Below are positions 43,306 to 54,002 of a DNA stretch of 64,000 nucleotides, one piece after another; the first letter of the stretch is position 1, and every line of letters starts with the position of its first letter. The notes beneath the pieces were generated by a model. The model had not been told where the DNA came from. It did no database searches and saw only the letters and a program-made list of their open reading frames with translations. Both the position numbers and the translations under genes were made by a program. The DNA comes from an uncultured Verrucomicrobiae bacterium. Lineage in GTDB: Bacteria; Verrucomicrobiota; Verrucomicrobiia; Limisphaerales; JAFGQR01. The DNA lies in assembly GCA_963788655.1 (NCBI GenBank), contig CAWBHS010000057.1:32001-96000 (forward strand), in the 5' to 3' direction.

Positions 43306-46300
43306 TTATTGGATCGGCGTGACGATGCGATAGAACCGTCCGCCCTCGGCCCCTACGTTGTCATCTAGGAAGTCCACCGGGGTTGGACTGGCCGAGGGCA
43401 AAATGTCGGTTAATCTCAGCCAGGTTCCTTCGGAGAGGCTGATCCGATATTGGATGGTGTAACCGACATCCGGAGCAGGATTGAACTGAATGCGGGCACC
43501 ACCGCCATCACTCACCAAGCTGACACGCAGGACGCTACTTTGGTTGTTGGGATCCGTGCCGCTGATGAATTCCTGATAGTTGGTGCGCTTGTCGTTATCG
43601 GGATCGAGATCGCGATCCGACGCATCGCAAGGATTCAAGCCGTGCGCCAGTTCCCAGGTGTCGCTCATGCCGTCACCATCGCTGTCCCCGTCGAGCAGGG
43701 TCAACGTGGCGGCGTCACTCGGCGTCGCGCCAAAGAGGTTGCTGACCACCACCGAGTAACGGCCCTCATCGGCCAGGCCCGGCTGAACGATCACCAGGCT
43801 GGCATTGGTTTCATTGGCCAGGCGATTGGTCGCATTGAACCACCATTGGTAGCTCAAGGGTGCCCCGGTGGCTTCGACCGTGAACACCGCATTCGAGCAG
43901 ACATGCACCGCCTGATCTGCCGGTTGCGTGACAATGGTCGGAGCCACGGGCAGCGTCAGATACGCCACGTGGCTCGTGGCGCTGGCGGCCGGATTGCTCG
44001 CGACAAACGTGTACGCGCCGGCGTCGCTGGCCTGCACGCTGTTGAGGCTGTAACTGGTGCCGGTGGCGCCGGCGATCGGAGCGTCATTGTGCCACCATTG
44101 GAACGTCAACGGCGCTTCGCCGCTCGCGCCGGCATGGAAGGTAACCGGGGCACCCAGCGTGGCCGATTGATTGGTCGGCTGCAGCGTAATGGCCGGCCCG
44201 TCAATGACGGTCACATAGGCATAGGCACTGGGGGTTTGGTAGGTCTGAACACTGTTGCTGATGCCCACGCGATACCGATTCTCGTGGAGGGCCTTCTGCG
44301 CGTTGGTAATCACCAGCACGCTCGTGCTGACGTACGCCGAGTTCGTCACGGCATAGGTGTACCCGCCTCCGGATTCGAAGTTATAATACCCGTTCCCGAG
44401 GCGCCAATAATAGCCGATCGGCAACGTGCCCCGAACCGTCAGACTGATGGTGAAGGTGCTGCCCGAGGCCACGACCTGATTGGTCGGGAAGGGGCCTTCC
44501 ACGATGGCCGGCGGCAGGAGCAACACCACCAGCGCGGGATGGCTCTCGCGCGATCCCACCGCGTCGGTAACCACCACCGTGTAGATCCCGTCATTCACGT
44601 CGAGTTGGAGATCCGTCACGGTCAGCGAGGCGCTGGTCGCGCCGGAAACATCGATCCCATTGCGCCGCCATTGGTAGCTCAGAGAGCCCGTGCCCGAGGC
44701 GACAACGGAGAGCGAGATGTTGGCGCCGGCACTGGCCGTTTGGCTCTGCGGTTGCGTGAGGATACGCGGTAGATTCTGCACGGTCAGCGATGCATTGCTG
44801 CTGGTAGCCGCCCCGGCCGCACCCAGAACAACCACGGAATAAGTGCCCTGGTCCTCCGGCCGCACGGGCGAAATGGTCAACGTCGGGCTGCTGGGCACCG
44901 CGAGAACATTCCCGTCCTGCCGCCACCGGTAGGTGAACGGACCACTGCCGGTAACGGCGACCGTGAACGACGCGCTCTGCCCCTCGATGGCCACCTGGTT
45001 TTCGGGTTCGGTGGTAATGACCGGTGGATTGCCTCCTTGGAATTGATGCCCGGGCGCCGGTCCGGCGGCGATCCAGTTGACCGGATCATTGCCATATTGG
45101 CCGGCAGCGATGCGTTGCAGCGAGAGGCCGAGGACACCATCAGCGGCTAGGGGCCAGGGCGCCTGGTCAGTGTATTTAACCCGTTCCGCCAGGATGTACG
45201 GCACGTAGCCCGCAGTGGGCGAGGGGGGAACATCCGGCAAATCCGGCCGCATCAGTTCGATACTGTCGGTGGAGTTGTCGAGCTTGCCGCTCCACGGTCC
45301 GTAAACGGGGACCTCCGGTGGCACATTATTGCGAGCGCGGAAGGCGGCCAATTCGGTCGCATTGGTGATCTCCTCAAAACCGACCACCAACAGATGTCCC
45401 CCGGCTGGCAGACTGACGCCCATGGGGAAGGTGTAATCCACCGCATCCTGCAAATGCCAAGTGTTGGTCGTATGCAGCGGATCGTACAACGGCACGCTGC
45501 TCCCGGACAGATTATAGAGTTCGAGGTATTCGTCGGTGGCGTTGTCCTCCAGGACGCCGTTAACCAACAAGTCGGGCGGATGATACATAATCTCGCTGAT
45601 GACGATAGGTCCGACGAGCGGCCCCGAATTGGTGCTGCCCAATGTGGGGGCAATCTGGGTAACGAAATTGTCGTTGCCCGTGCTGAGGACGTAGCGGCCA
45701 AACGTAACGCCGTTGGCCTGGGCGCCAAAGTCAAAGCCGTGATAGTAGCCGGTCAAGTTGCCGGCGGCATCGCCGGAGAACAGATAGATGTCGTCGCCGG
45801 TGCTGCTCAAGCCGAAGTTTTGCGACCCCAATCCAAACGAATTGCTCTCGTAAAAAACCCGGTAACCGTTGGCCGGAATGGTGGTACCTTCGGGGATGCG
45901 ATACTTTTGGGGCGTGCCGAAACTATCCGACAAAAACCAGCCGCCGATATCCGCTTCGGTGCTGTTGGGATTGTACAGCTCGATCGCATCAACCACTGGC
46001 AAATCGGTGTGGGGCAGCGCCTCGTTGACGTAAACCACCGGGAGGTCAGGTATCCCCGGATCGTCAGCGCCCGGGGTGCCATTGACCACCCCGCTGGGAC
46101 GCCAGCTTTCCTTCAAACTCCACGTGGAAACCTGCTCGACCCCCACCGTGGTGAACAGCGGCGCGTTGGCATCCACGATTTGCAGGGCGAAGCCGGAGCC
46201 ATCCGTGAGCGGATACCACGCATCATTGTAGGTGAAGTCCTGAATCGGTTCGCGGACGCTGCCTTCGAGGATGATATGGTCGCCCTCATTGCCCAGGTTG

Positions 46301-49300
46301 TTCGCATAGGCGCCGGCAATCAGGACGCCGGCGGTGTTGTAACGGGAAGCGAAGGCTGCTTGATCGCTGACCACCACCACGTGCTGCCCGGCGGCCAGCA
46401 TCAGATTCGGGAAATCGAAGTCAACGCCGCCGCGCAGGCGGAACCGATTCAAGTTCATTGGCGTGGCACCGATGTTCTGGAGTTCGAGGTATTCAAACCG
46501 GTTGGGATCGATGGGATCGCCCATCGGCGGGTCAGCCGGATGATACATGATCTCGGTCACGCGCAAATCCGGGATGGTGACATAGTAGGTTTCCACCCGT
46601 GGCCCGGACCACGGGCTGGACAATGGGGGATTTCCGCCGACAGTGCCGCCGGAGACGTTGTGGTGATTGGGATTCCGGTTCCGGGCAAACAGGCGCGCGT
46701 TGCTGTTGATGGTCACGGTCAGCGGACTGGTGCCCGACATGGCCGAGGAAGAAATGCCGCCACCCGGCAACCGCGGATCGGTGCCGTCCAGCGTGTAGTA
46801 AATCGTCGTGCCGGCAATAAGGGTCGGCGCGGTGATGACCACCTGGTAACCGGCCGACACCTGGCCACCCGCACTGCTGAACACCGGCTTGCGCAGGAAA
46901 TTCGTATCGACGAAATCCATCCGGTCCGCCCACCATTGTTTCAGAAAGTCCACTTCCCCTTGGAACGTTCCATTGAACGTGTGGGAATAACCGTCCACCG
47001 TAATCACTCCGTTGCGTGGCGTACTCGAAGAATCCCCGCTGGGCCACTTGGTGGAATCGCGCTCGTGACCCTCGCGAATTTCGTCGGCCATACGATCGAT
47101 GATGGCATGCACGTTGGTCGTGGCGAACGTGGTTTCCCGAACTTCCTGCCAGCGATCGATCCATTTTTGCCAAAAATCAGGGTCGTTAAACAAGCGTTGC
47201 CACCATTCCACGCCGAGATAAGTGGGATTGCCGAACATGTCGGTGCCCTGATCTCCGCCGATCTGCCGACGCCATTGCCGCGGGTTGTACGGCCGCTCAT
47301 CCGGAGAGGCGGTGCCTTGCGAGCGGTCAAAATCCCACAGGGGCCCCTGGCGCAGTTTTCCGTTCCGCGGCTTATGGAAGAAGCCACTGAGGCGATAGCC
47401 GTCCACGTTGAACGGCAGCGTGTTCAAAATATGATTATCAATCCAATTGTCAGTATCGATCCAAGCCGCATAGCCGGTTTCCGGATCGGTGAAATTCGGC
47501 GACCGCAAGGCATTTTCAAAGGATCGGATGTAATCGATGACATAATTCCGTTGCAGCGGAATCCCGATCTGCAAGCCGTCGGGGTCCACGAACAAGATGG
47601 AGCTTTGCAAATTGTAGCCGGTGGGACTGCTAAAACCATTGACGTCATCCGCCGCCCCGCCGCGGTCGAGCTTCAAAGCGTAACCCCCGGTAATGGACGG
47701 GGCATTGGTATTTTCCGGCTGAATGTTGCCGATATCGAGCCGGTTTTTGCCAACCTTGATTTTCTCCTCGATGACATAGACGCCATTGTAATCGCCGACC
47801 GTGGGTGACGTGTAGTTGATGGCGCCGGTTGCCGTCTTGAGAAACACTTCGGCAAAACGGGTGCGCGAGGAGTAGTGCCCCAGTTCGCGGGACAATTCGT
47901 GCGGGAGCGGATTGTGCAACATGACGCGGTCGAAATCGTTGGGCGCATAGAACACCCAATCGGAATCGGCGGGCATCCCCAGCAACCCGACGCTGCGGTC
48001 ATCATAGTTGATTTCACCCCAGGTCTCCACCGCCAGGCTCTTCTTGGGAAATCCCGCCGTGGAGGATCCCCGGACATGGAACCCCATGCGAGTGCTGAGA
48101 ATCGGCTTGTTGGTCAGCGAACTGCGACCGGAGACGTTGTTCGTATCAAAGATCATCATGCACGCCACCGCGCCGGGACTGGTGTAGGCTCCGGGCGGGG
48201 TTCCGGAGCCGAAATTGTTAAAGATAACCAACGGCAGATCGGAAGTGAAACTCGCCGCGGCCGCGGTGATCTGAATATACGTTTCGCTGCTGGGCGGTCC
48301 GGGAAAATAGCCAGGCTGAGTCGGATAAGCCCGCGCTCGCACCTGCGTGGTGGCGCTAATGGGAATGGGCGCCGAATACAATGGCGAACTGGCGCTGGGC
48401 ACATCCTGCGCGGCGGCGGTGGTGGAGTTGTTCACCAGATAATACCGAATCACGAAGCCCGGCTCGGCAACCGACAGCTCCAAATTAAACGCGTTTTGGA
48501 ATGTGCCGCTCCGCCGAGAGAACTGGACTTCCGGGCCAAAGCCAGAGCCCGTGACACTATTGGCCGCGCCAGGAGTGGGCGTCGTGAAGTAACCCAAAAA
48601 TGAGGGATCCACCCGGTCTCGTCCATAGGAGGCATCATCGAACTGCGGTGGATAATACGGCGCAAACGAAGAGACAATATTCGAGCCATCGGAAAAAACC
48701 AGGGCCAGGTATTCTCCGTTCTTTTCCAGCTTGAAGTTCGTGTGCAGCGGCCCGTTGGGATCAGTCCGGTCCTTTTGCGATGCCCACACCACCAAGTAAC
48801 TATTGGGCTGCAGCGACACCGCCGGGAAGCGCCACTCGCGCAGATCCAGAATATTATCGGTAAGATACCAGCCCGTAAGATCGATGGCACTGGTGCCTCC
48901 ATTGTACAGTTCAATCCAGTCTTCGGTATCGCCATCTTCGTCGCGGATGCCACTTGCATTCGCCGCCATGATTTCATTGATCCGTACATCGCGGTAATCC
49001 ACGTTGGGATCGAGCACATAGCTGAAATTGGTCCCCACAAAGTCCAGTCCCGACAAGTCTTGAATACCATGGCCGCTGGCCCAGGAAACCTGCACCGTAC
49101 CGATATCCGGCTGCGGGAAGCGAAAAATGTATTGTTCGGGCCCCAACAAATCCAGGTCCGTCGCCGGAACATTGTTGATCAGCAGGTCGGCAGCATCCAC
49201 ACCCTGCACCGCTTCACTGAATTGCACCTCTATTTGAGTCAGGTCCCGAACCGCCGTGCCGGCGCCGGGAATAAGCAAAGCCACCGTTGGGGGCGTCTGA

Positions 49301-50199
49301 TCCATGAGCGTGTACTGCCACTGCGCTCCGGGGGCGGTTCCGTCAAAAGCGTTGGCTGGGAGGGCCTGATCGAAAATCCCCGGATTCTCCGCCCACGTAA
49401 TATTCAAGGTGCCGTATGCGGGTTGTGGAAACGAAAACGTGTAGGTGTCACCGGAGCCCGAAACGCTGGAAACCGGGATGCCATTGATCAACAGGTCCGC
49501 CGCGTCCACACCATCGACCGGTTCACTGAAAGTCACTGCGATTTGGTCCAGCGCCGACACGGTGCCCGGCGCGGGATTCCTAAGCGCAATGGTGGGCGCC
49601 GTGAAGTCAGGGGCCTCGACACTCATGGCCACGTCGATGAGGAAATCGCTGCTGCTGCCGATGGAGGCGTTAAAGGCTTGCACGGCGACGACGTTCTCAC
49701 CCGTTACCAAGAATGGCAAATTGTTGAGAGTCGGCGCCGCGACGTTGGGTTCCCCCAAAGCCCCGTTGGAAGTGCCGTTATAGGGAATGTCTCCCGCGGG
49801 CATGTTCACTCGGGCCCCGGATATTTCGGTACCATTGATCCACACAATGCAACCGTCATCCGAGTTGATGGTGAGGGTCAACGAAGCGACTTGCGCCGGA
49901 TCGTCAACTTGGAATGTCTTGCGCATGAAAATGCAGGTGTAGCCGCCAGACATGTCGCCTAGTTGGGTGTTACCCGAGTAACCGGTGCCGTTTTCGTAAT
50001 AAAACGGTGCCTGCCCTGTCAGCCAGGACGAATCGTTGAACCCAATGGTCCGCCACATGGTAGTGGGCGAAGAGGCTTCTTGCGTACCCTTGACGTATTT
50101 CCACGAGGTATTGGCAGGAAAGACGACGGCTGCGGGGGAGGAACCAATCGCCGCGAAAAACGCCAGCGACGAAACGAGAATGCGAAACTTCCTATGCAT
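43306..50199 (-). CDS. CotH-family kinase / LTD / Ig protein #3 (~2,297 aa, intact)
   Basis: Signal peptide from MHRKFRILVSS (ORF extends to 50265); Ig-like V.FSEPV.GVDAADLLIN x2; LTDs; CotH VRGSSTAGFPKK, YNGVYVIEEKIK, NVDGYRLS, GPLWDFD; Ig repeats; terminal RFYRIVTPIQ. Confidence 0.93.
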   Translation of the reverse strand: MHRKFRILVSSLAFFAAIGSSPAAVVFPANTSWKYVKGTQEASSPTTMWRTIGFNDSSWLTGQAPFYYENGTGYSGNTQLGDMSGGYTCIFMRKTFQVDDPAQVASLTLTINSDDGCIVWINGTEISGARVNMPAGDIPYNGTSNGALGEPNVAAPTLNNLPFLVTGENVVAVQAFNASIGSSSDFLIDVAMSVEAPDFTAPTIALRNPAPGTVSALDQIAVTFSEPVDGVDAADLLINGIPVSSVSGSGDTYTFSFPQPAYGTLNITWAENPGIFDQALPANAFDGTAPGAQWQYTLMDQTPPTVALLIPGAGTAVRDLTQIEVQFSEAVQGVDAADLLINNVPATDLDLLGPEQYIFRFPQPDIGTVQVSWASGHGIQDLSGLDFVGTNFSYVLDPNVDYRDVRINEIMAANASGIRDEDGDTEDWIELYNGGTSAIDLTGWYLTDNILDLREWRFPAVSLQPNSYLVVWASQKDRTDPNGPLHTNFKLEKNGEYLALVFSDGSNIVSSFAPYYPPQFDDASYGRDRVDPSFLGYFTTPTPGAANSVTGSGFGPEVQFSRRSGTFQNAFNLELSVAEPGFVIRYYLVNNSTTAAAQDVPSASSPLYSAPIPISATTQVRARAYPTQPGYFPGPPSSETYIQITAAAASFTSDLPLVIFNNFGSGTPPGAYTSPGAVACMMIFDTNNVSGRSSLTNKPILSTRMGFHVRGSSTAGFPKKSLAVETWGEINYDDRSVGLLGMPADSDWVFYAPNDFDRVMLHNPLPHELSRELGHYSSRTRFAEVFLKTATGAINYTSPTVGDYNGVYVIEEKIKVGKNRLDIGNIQPENTNAPSITGGYALKLDRGGAADDVNGFSSPTGYNLQSSILFVDPDGLQIGIPLQRNYVIDYIRSFENALRSPNFTDPETGYAAWIDTDNWIDNHILNTLPFNVDGYRLSGFFHKPRNGKLRQGPLWDFDRSQGTASPDERPYNPRQWRRQIGGDQGTDMFGNPTYLGVEWWQRLFNDPDFWQKWIDRWQEVRETTFATTNVHAIIDRMADEIREGHERDSTKWPSGDSSSTPRNGVITVDGYSHTFNGTFQGEVDFLKQWWADRMDFVDTNFLRKPVFSSAGGQVSAGYQVVITAPTLIAGTTIYYTLDGTDPRLPGGGISSSAMSGTSPLTVTINSNARLFARNRNPNHHNVSGGTVGGNPPLSSPWSGPRVETYYVTIPDLRVTEIMYHPADPPMGDPIDPNRFEYLELQNIGATPMNLNRFRLRGGVDFDFPNLMLAAGQHVVVVSDQAAFASRYNTAGVLIAGAYANNLGNEGDHIILEGSVREPIQDFTYNDAWYPLTDGSGFALQIVDANAPLFTTVGVEQVSTWSLKESWRPSGVVNGTPGADDPGIPDLPVVYVNEALPHTDLPVVDAIELYNPNSTEADIGGWFLSDSFGTPQKYRIPEGTTIPANGYRVFYESNSFGLGSQNFGLSSTGDDIYLFSGDAAGNLTGYYHGFDFGAQANGVTFGRYVLSTGNDNFVTQIAPTLGSTNSGPLVGPIVISEIMYHPPDLLVNGVLEDNATDEYLELYNLSGSSVPLYDPLHTTNTWHLQDAVDYTFPMGVSLPAGGHLLVVGFEEITNATELAAFRARNNVPPEVPVYGPWSGKLDNSTDSIELMRPDLPDVPPSPTAGYVPYILAERVKYTDQAPWPLAADGVLGLSLQRIAAGQYGNDPVNWIAAGPAPGHQFQGGNPPVITTEPENQVAIEGQSASFTVAVTGSGPFTYRWRQDGNVLAVPSSPTLTISPVRPEDQGTYSVVVLGAAGAATSSNASLTVQNLPRILTQPQSQTASAGANISLSVVASGTGSLSYQWRRNGIDVSGATSASLTVTDLQLDVNDGIYTVVVTDAVGSRESHPALVVLLLPPAIVEGPFPTNQVVASGSTFTISLTVRGTLPIGYYWRLGNGYYNFESGGGYTYAVTNSAYVSTSVLVITNAQKALHENRYRVGISNSVQTYQTPSAYAYVTVIDGPAITLQPTNQSATLGAPVTFHAGASGEAPLTFQWWHNDAPIAGATGTSYSLNSVQASDAGAYTFVASNPAASATSHVAYLTLPVAPTIVTQPADQAVHVCSNAVFTVEATGAPLSYQWWFNATNRLANETNASLVIVQPGLADEGRYSVVVSNLFGATPSDAATLTLLDGDSDGDGMSDTWELAHGLNPCDASDRDLDPDNDKRTNYQEFISGTDPNNQSSVLRVSLVSDGGGARIQFNPAPDVGYTIQYRISLSEGTWLRLTDILPSASPTPVDFLDDNVGAEGGRFYRIVTPIQ
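43604..44712. repeat. ~1.1-kb near-identical duplication, copy B
   Basis: Matches 34812-35920. The last 46 nt of the two genes (34512-34557 and 43306-43351) are also identical. Confidence 0.92.
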
Positions 50200-50372
50200 A
50201 TAGACGATACAACTTTTAGGTGCTGGGTGCGTTGTTTGATAGGCTTTTACCATAAACCTGACCATTTGTCACAGATATTTTTGTGGAAAAGTTAACCTCA
50301 CGTTATGGCGGAAGGCCCTAACGGGGGAAACTACGAGTCGTTAAATCAAGCCGTTGACAGCACGCGTGCGGG

Positions 50373-52717
50373 CTACTGCGCCGGGGTAACAATACGGAAG
50401 AAAGTCCCCGAGGCGCCGGCGCCGGCGGAGTTGGTTACGTAGCGCATCCCCGCCTCCGAACTGGCCGGCACGTCCTTGAGGTTGGTCCAGGAATCGGCTG
50501 GCAGCAACGAACTCCGATACTGCACGGTGTAGGAACTGTACGGCGTGCCGGGGAAGCCCAGCACCAGATGATTATTCTGGTATTGTACCGACTCGATTCG
50601 GAACTGTTCGTGGGTGCCTGGGGTGGGCAGCGCATCCCGCCAATTGATCGGATCGTCCCCATACTCGTCCACGCGCCAGCGTTGCAAGGCCCAACCGCCG
50701 CCATCCGCCAGGGTCGGCCACGGGGCTTTGTCATTGTATTTCACCTTCTCCACCAGGATGTGAGGCACAGTGAACGCATCGGGACGGTCCGGCGATTGCG
50801 GTGGATCCGGCTTATTCAGTTGAATGGAGCCACCGCTGTTGCTGAGCTTGCCTTTGTAGGGTCCATAAATCGGCACCTCCGGTGAAACATTGGTACTTGG
50901 ACCGGAAGGTATTCAACTGCGCCGGGTAGGTCACGGGATCGAAATTGACCACCAGCAAATACTGTCCGGATCCCAGCACGACATTCGTGGGAAAGTCATA
51001 ATCGATGTCTCCCCGAACGTGCCAGGTGTTGGTCAAACCATCCGCGAAGGGAATCCCGCTGAAAAAATACACTCCGTGGGGATCATACAGGGGCACCTCG
51101 GCCGCGGTCGCATTGTAAATCTCGATGTATTCGTTGAGGCTGTCGTCGTAGGAGTTCGTGCCAAAAACCGTGTCCGGCGGGTGATACATGATCTCATTGA
51201 TCACCAACGGGCCAATTTTCGGCGTGGCATTGGGCAGACCCGTTCCCATGCGGAAGTCGGAAATCGAGCCCGGATTGTCCACGCCAAACGTGCGCTGGCT
51301 CATCGCCACAAAGTCCACGTCCCCCACGCTGTTGGTGTACCGTCCAAACGATACCGCATTCTCCGATTCCGCAAACGACTGGCTGGTCCGGGAGCCGAGC
51401 AGAGTGCCGTCGCTCGCCGCGCTGAATAAATACACCTGATCGCCCTCGGCGGAGTTCAACGTGAAGTCCGGTGGGTCGCCGGTGGTGCTGGTGTTGAATC
51501 CGGAACCGGAGGCGCCGCCCCGCATTTCGTAAAACACCTTGTAGCCGTACGGGGGAATGACCGTGTTGGCTGGAATACGAAATTTCTTCGGAAGGTCTTT
51601 GTTGTTGCTGAGCCACCAGAAACTGATGTCGGCGTCATACGGCGTGGGATTGAACAACTCAATCGCATCTTCGAAGGGCGGGTCAGTGTGGGGCAGCACC
51701 TCGTTGATCACCACGTTGGTAATCAGTTGGAAATTGCTGGCCTCCGGGGTGGCAACGCCCAAAGGCCGGACAATGTTCGGGTCACCATCGGGCAAGCGCC
51801 CTTCGGAAAGTCCTTCCCCCTGGACCCCAAACGAGATGAAGTCGATAATGGTCGTGCCATTCGAACCTACCATCATGATCTGCTCACCACTCGCCGACAG
51901 TTTGAAATCCACGTGTTCATATTGGTTGCTGTTGACACTGCCGCTGCCCAATCCGTCGGCAATGAACTTAATGAATTCGTTGGGAGCAATGTACGAGTAC
52001 GGCGGCAACTCCCGACGATAAAACGGGATCACGGTCAAATCGTTGAAGCTGATGCCGGAAATGTTTACGATGTTGGTTTCCAAGTTGTAAATCTCAAACC
52101 AGTCATCGTCACTGCCGGCGGGTTTGGCCATCCACTCGTTAATCCGCAGATTGGTGGACGTAATCGAAATCACGGGGGGATTGGCCGGCCCATTCGAGGT
52201 GCCCGGGGTGGGTTGCATTAAATCGAACTGACCCGTGCCGTCGGTCACCCGACTTAACGACAGGTCGATCAGTTGCATGCCGAAGAAGATACGGTCCACC
52301 AACACCCAACTGGGGTTGTAAAGATTCAGGTCGTCGCCGTTGTCCCGAACATCCAGATTCACGTGGATCCCCGGACGGGTGGTGTCGTCGTCCAAATACA
52401 AGACCAAAAAGCCGTGGGCGGGAATCACGGTGCTGTTGGTGAACACAAAATCCCGGGGTTTGCTCAGGCTCTTGGACATGCTCCAGCCGCCATTGGCGCT
52501 CAGGTCAATGTCCGTGGCGGACAGTGTTGTAAAGTTCGACATACGCCGGCGAATAATCCGGATCGTTCACATCCGGCAAGAGAGCTTGCCGGTTAATCGC
52601 AAGCATCTCGTTGATAACCACTTGGCCGGATGCCGCCACTGAACCGAACAGGGTCAGGAAGCCGGCCAGCACCCATAGGCCCTTCACAGGAAATCGTTGA
52701 AATTCAATTGTTCTCAT
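50373..52717 (-). CDS. LTD-repeat secreted protein without kinase domain (~780 aa; +1 frameshifts ~52527, ~50891)
   Basis: Signal peptide MRTIEFQ..SVAASG/QVVINEM; four LTD-type units (INEML, INEWMA, INEVLPH, INEIMYHP); terminal YTVQYRSSL..W..TFFRIVTPAQ. Confidence 0.87.
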
Positions 52718-52996
52718 AGATGAATGCTTAATAAATACATCACGTTACAACTTTTGCCAACAGGTAACATGCCATTTGCAAATCCGCAAAAGTCGTCACG
52801 CGCAACGTCCGTTTTGCTTGCCTGGCGGGAAGGCAGGCTACCGGGCAACTTCGCCGGAGTGCAAACACTACGACAAAGCCCGGCACTCGCTTCGCAGCGT
52901 CTCTCAGCCGAACGAAATCCGGAAGCTTGGTTTGAAATTAGCCGGGCGGAGTGCCGGCGGAATGGGGAACTCGGCACCGGAGTCGGCAATCCCCGT

Positions 52997-53860
52997 CTAA
53001 TCGACGTACAATGTGGTTCGCAGTTCATGCACCAACACGCTCGCGATGGGATGCCGTTTGTCGGCTTCCGTTTCCAGACACTTGAGGATGGTTTTCTCCA
53101 GGCCGACCGGGATGTCCGCGTTCAGCTCCCGCGGCAGCTTGAAATCCGGATTGCGATTGAGTTGGTGGTGCAAAATCTCTTGCGGCGTGTCGCCGGCAAA
53201 CGGCTTCTGCCCGGTGAGTAATTCATACGCCGTCACCCCGTACGCGAAGATGTCCGCGCGATGGTCCAACGGTTGGCGCAGGAGTTGTTCGGGCGCCATG
53301 TAGGCGGGGGTGCCCGGGTTGTGCTTCATCTTTTTCGGCCGCTCGGGACGGAGTTGGGCCAGATCGAAATCGACCAGGCGGACGTTGGCGCTGCGGGTGA
53401 CCAACACGTTTTCCGGTTTGAAATCCAGGTGCATGAAGCCGTTGTCGTGGACGTGCTCCAAGGCCTCGGCCATGTCGATCAAAATATTGCCGACATACTC
53501 GTCGAGCAATGGATCGTTCCGGGCGAAAAGCATCTTGAGATTCGAACTTTCCACATATTCCATCAGGCAATACAGCGTGCCGCGAATCCGGCCATGCTCC
53601 CGGTAGCCGATTACGTAGTCGTGACCGTGGATTTTGGACAGGATTTCACACCCGCGGAGGAAGCGTCGCCGGGCCAACAGGTTGAACCGCAACCGGTCGT
53701 GCAGTTTGCGCAGTGCAAATGGTTTTCCCTGCGCGTCGGTGGCCAGCCAGATGTCAGCCATGCCGCCACTGTTGATTAATTCCTGGAGGTAAAACCGCCC
53801 AAACGCCCCAGGCTTGGGCGCCGGGGTGAGGTCTAATTCACTGGATGAGCCAAGTTCCAT
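52997..53860 (-). CDS. Cytoplasmic Hanks-type Ser/Thr kinase-fold protein with atypical motifs
   Basis: SGGMADIW, MEYVE, HLDFKPEN, LVDFDLA, GTPAYMAPEQ, DIFAYG; no TM or sensor domain. Confidence 0.9.
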   Translation of the reverse strand: MELGSSSELDLTPAPKPGAFGRFYLQELINSGGMADIWLATDAQGKPFALRKLHDRLRFNLLARRRFLRGCEILSKIHGHDYVIGYREHGRIRGTLYCLMEYVESSNLKMLFARNDPLLDEYVGNILIDMAEALEHVHDNGFMHLDFKPENVLVTRSANVRLVDFDLAQLRPERPKKMKHNPGTPAYMAPEQLLRQPLDHRADIFAYGVTAYELLTGQKPFAGDTPQEILHHQLNRNPDFKLPRELNADIPVGLEKTILKCLETEADKRHPIASVLVHELRTTLYVD

Positions 53861-54002
53861 GCTGCCTTCGAACTCCGCAACCTATACGGTTGGGCATTTA
53901 CCACAGGAACGCCAGCAGGGCAAAGAATAATGCGTCAACTTCAACGCCCGAAGCGCCCCTTTTACCGTGAACCACGCGGAATTTTGAGTCCGCGACGCTC
54001 CT

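Noticed and set aside
34812..44712. Diversity-generating retroelement TR/VR pair
   Set aside because: The repeat is ~1.1 kb, mismatches are not adenine-specific and many are synonymous, and no reverse transcriptase is present in the window.
45394..47808. Long antisense ORFs (804 aa here; also 1541-3556, 3974-5374, 56110-57168 and many ~82-aa ORFs over the HYR gene)
   Set aside because: These are shadow frames of well-supported genes in GC-rich DNA and have no recognisable motifs.
52724..52996. Structured ncRNA or riboswitch, or a sigma54 promoter, in the kinase-LTD spacer
   Set aside because: Only short hairpins are present, and TGGCATGTTACCTGT has GT rather than GC at -12. No RNA family is recognisable by eye; an Rfam cmscan would be needed.
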